NCBI RefSeq assembly: GCF_001194135.2
Contig: NC_068982.1
Span: forward strand, 45,135,818-45,199,817
Origin: Octopus bimaculoides
Lineage: Eukaryota
DNA length: 64,000 nt
Direction: 5' to 3'
In this document: positions 63,101 through 64,000 of the stretch, piece by piece
How the letters are laid out: each line of letters begins with the position of its first letter
Position numbering within the stretch: the stretch's first letter is position 1
Notes under the pieces: generated by a model
Told to the model about the DNA's origin: nothing
Databases searched by the model: none
Seen by the model: only the letters and a program-made list of their open reading frames with translations
Translations under genes and position numbers: made by a program

Positions 63101-63853
63101 ATTACTGAAGAAATAGCTGATACTTCAGCTCCCAAGAATTATTGACACCAGCTCAAGTAAGAACCATAATGAAATATGTTGTTCTATTTAGGATCATGCT
63201 ACTGTTGTACAGAGACATCCTAGACTGGATCTAAATTAGGGGCCACCAACTGATTGGCATAAAGTTGTACACAGACAGGCTCCAATCTCTAGCCCATAGA
63301 CCTGCTATCTCTTCTCTTGCTTTTTCTACTGCAACTGTAATGGCTTCTGCACTCAAAGACAACTGGGCCCATGCTACTTCCATTCCAGCATTTCCAACCC
63401 ATTTGTTTCTCCCCATCCTCTTATTATCCTTGAAATTGGTATAACGCATCAAGCACTACGCCTAGTCCTTCTTGGAATGTTAGCCCTCTGGTATCTCATC
63501 TAAGTTGCAATGGTTCAAGAGGGATATTAATGGTATCAGTCTAATCAGTCTTGGGGACCCTGCACAGTCAGTCATCCATTCCTCTAAATCCTTCAAGTAT
63601 CCCCACCCAAAAAAACAAACAAAAACACTCATGGAATAAGTAGCAGAAATACCAGTTATATCAGTGCAATGAAATATATACAAAAAAAAAAAAAAGTTAG
63701 TTTTATAACAATTGTAGCATTTTTAGAATAATTGATCATATAAAACAAAATTGTGATTTAACTTACAGTGAAAGAAGATACAAATGGTTCCTGAATGTCA
63801 GATATCACATCATCAGATTCGTTTGGTAATGATACATTCCTTCGTTTGAACAA
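45174..63853 (-). CDS. KPNA1: Importin subunit alpha, alpha-1 clade (KPNA1/5/6-like); 12 coding exons in window, first coding exon(s) outside
   Basis: Exons of 87, 97, 92, 132, 89, 100, 164, 79, 126, 128, 176 and 191 nt, all GT-AG and in phase (1461 nt including stop). ARM motifs [56 protein letters not shown] and [15 protein letters not shown]. The symbol denotes the clade, which is co-orthologous to KPNA1/5/6. Confidence 0.97.
46412..46587 (-). CDS. KPNA1: Importin-alpha exon
   Basis: [39 protein letters not shown]...IEECY; cag acceptor and gttagt donor. Confidence 0.97.
47863..49311 (-). mobile_element. Full-length decayed mariner (cecropia/Hsmar1-like) in an importin intron, containing an N gap
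   Basis: TIRs TATCAGGCTGAGTAAAAATTAAGCAAC / GTTGCTTACTTTTTACTCAACTTGATA. Peptides [10 protein letters not shown]...[28 protein letters not shown] and [20 protein letters not shown]. Confidence 0.9.
49429..49556 (-). CDS. KPNA1: Importin-alpha exon
   Basis: [43 protein letters not shown]. Confidence 0.97.
49700..50460. mobile_element. Cluster of about 5 CORE-type SINE fragments in mixed orientation filling one intron
   Basis: Plus at 49700-49825, minus at about 49870-50045, plus at about 50050-50240 and plus at about 50250-50460, each carrying catcctttc(a/g)gggttgat or its reverse complement. Confidence 0.8.
50467..50592 (-). CDS. KPNA1: Importin-alpha exon
   Basis: [42 protein letters not shown]. 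Confidence 0.97.
51493..51571 (-). CDS. KPNA1: Importin-alpha exon
   Basis: [26 protein letters not shown]. Confidence 0.95.
51741..53146 (-). mobile_element. Decayed pogo/Tigger-like DNA transposon
   Basis: Ends TACCGTAAAAA / TTTTTACGGTA, shared subterminal gtgca(t/c)aaattaca, and a minus-strand remnant [13 protein letters not shown]...GNGWTPL resembling pogo RRxT...QKLP and NxDETP. Confidence 0.55.
53227..53390 (-). CDS. KPNA1: Importin-alpha exon
   Basis: [54 protein letters not shown]. Confidence 0.97.
55005..55104 (-). CDS. KPNA1: Importin-alpha exon
   Basis: [33 protein letters not shown]. Confidence 0.97.
55340..55860 (+). mobile_element. Decayed RTE LINE apurinic endonuclease fragment
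   Basis: KDQLFEVL...[12 protein letters not shown] corresponds to the xxFYxxL...GDxNxHV motif, preceded by a DRII-like segment. Confidence 0.55.
57181..57565 (+). mobile_element. tRNA-derived SINE, family A, complete young copy
   Basis: A box TGGCCCAGTGG, B box GGTTTCGATTCCC, conserved body and (CAA)n tail. Confidence 0.9.
58111..58199 (-). CDS. KPNA1: Importin-alpha exon
   Basis: [29 protein letters not shown]; donor gtgagc. Confidence 0.97.
58652..58783 (-). CDS. KPNA1: Importin-alpha exon
   Basis: [44 protein letters not shown]. Confidence 0.97.
59200..59640 (+). mobile_element. Decayed RTE LINE C-terminal fragment
   Basis: [37 protein letters not shown] and [11 protein letters not shown]. 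Confidence 0.7.
60500..60868 (+). mobile_element. SINE-like family D young copy
   Basis: GC-rich internal units, then gagtggttggcgttaggaagggcatccagc...ggacgttaaacgacga. Confidence 0.8.
61058..61149 (-). CDS. KPNA1: Importin-alpha exon
   Basis: [30 protein letters not shown]. Confidence 0.97.
61656..61752 (-). CDS. KPNA1: Importin-alpha exon
   Basis: [32 protein letters not shown]. Confidence 0.95.
61834..62048 (-). mobile_element. piggyBac-like MITE
   Basis: Reverse-oriented homologue of 14719-14937 with TTAA at both ends. Confidence 0.75.
63767..63853 (-). CDS. KPNA1: Importin-alpha exon (end of IBB domain, KRRNV autoinhibitory motif)
   Basis: cattag|[29 protein letters not shown]|gtaagt. 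Confidence 0.93.
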
Positions 63854-64000
63854 CTAATGAATGAAATAAGATTCAGAAAAGTTAATTTTTTTTTTTTTTA
63901 CAATTATCAACAATTTTGTAAACACAAACAAACACAGAAGCAACAATCTATTCATTGATATATATTCAATTTTTTAAAATATAGTTCAAATTTCAAGTTG

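Noticed and set aside
1-64000. CRISPR arrays, operons or prokaryotic defence systems
   Set aside because: The DNA is eukaryotic with spliced genes, and no regularly spaced repeat-spacer arrays were seen.

Overview
AT-rich eukaryotic DNA, dense in microsatellites and SINEs, with four N gaps. The repeat landscape and gene structure suggest a coleoid cephalopod, probably Octopus; this is inferred from recognised repeat types, with no database search. The one securely identified gene is an importin-alpha of the alpha-1 (KPNA1/5/6) clade on the minus strand. Twelve coding exons (63853 to 45174) splice in phase into about 486 aa, and the N-terminal IBB exon lies beyond the right edge. A second minus-strand gene of unknown product has a strong first coding exon at 18488-18708, a likely non-coding first exon near 28.1-28.5 kb and a CpG-depleted body at about 9-25 kb. 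A small candidate orphan gene with phase-compatible exons lies at 8607 to 7281/6659. The rest is mobile DNA: four SINE families, RTE LINE relics, a Penelope GIY-YIG relic, a Gypsy relic with LTR and PBS, an Hsmar1-like mariner, a pogo relic, a KIAA1586-like hAT relic, and piggyBac, hAT and Merlin-type MITEs. The most unusual signals are (1) GG-terminated TIR elements with 8-bp target duplications carrying telomeric TAACCC/TTAGGG repeats, one arranged like a miniature linear chromosome, next to a decayed Merlin transposase; and (2) long fold-back or inverted-SINE structures in and downstream of the importin gene, which are candidate ADAR substrates.
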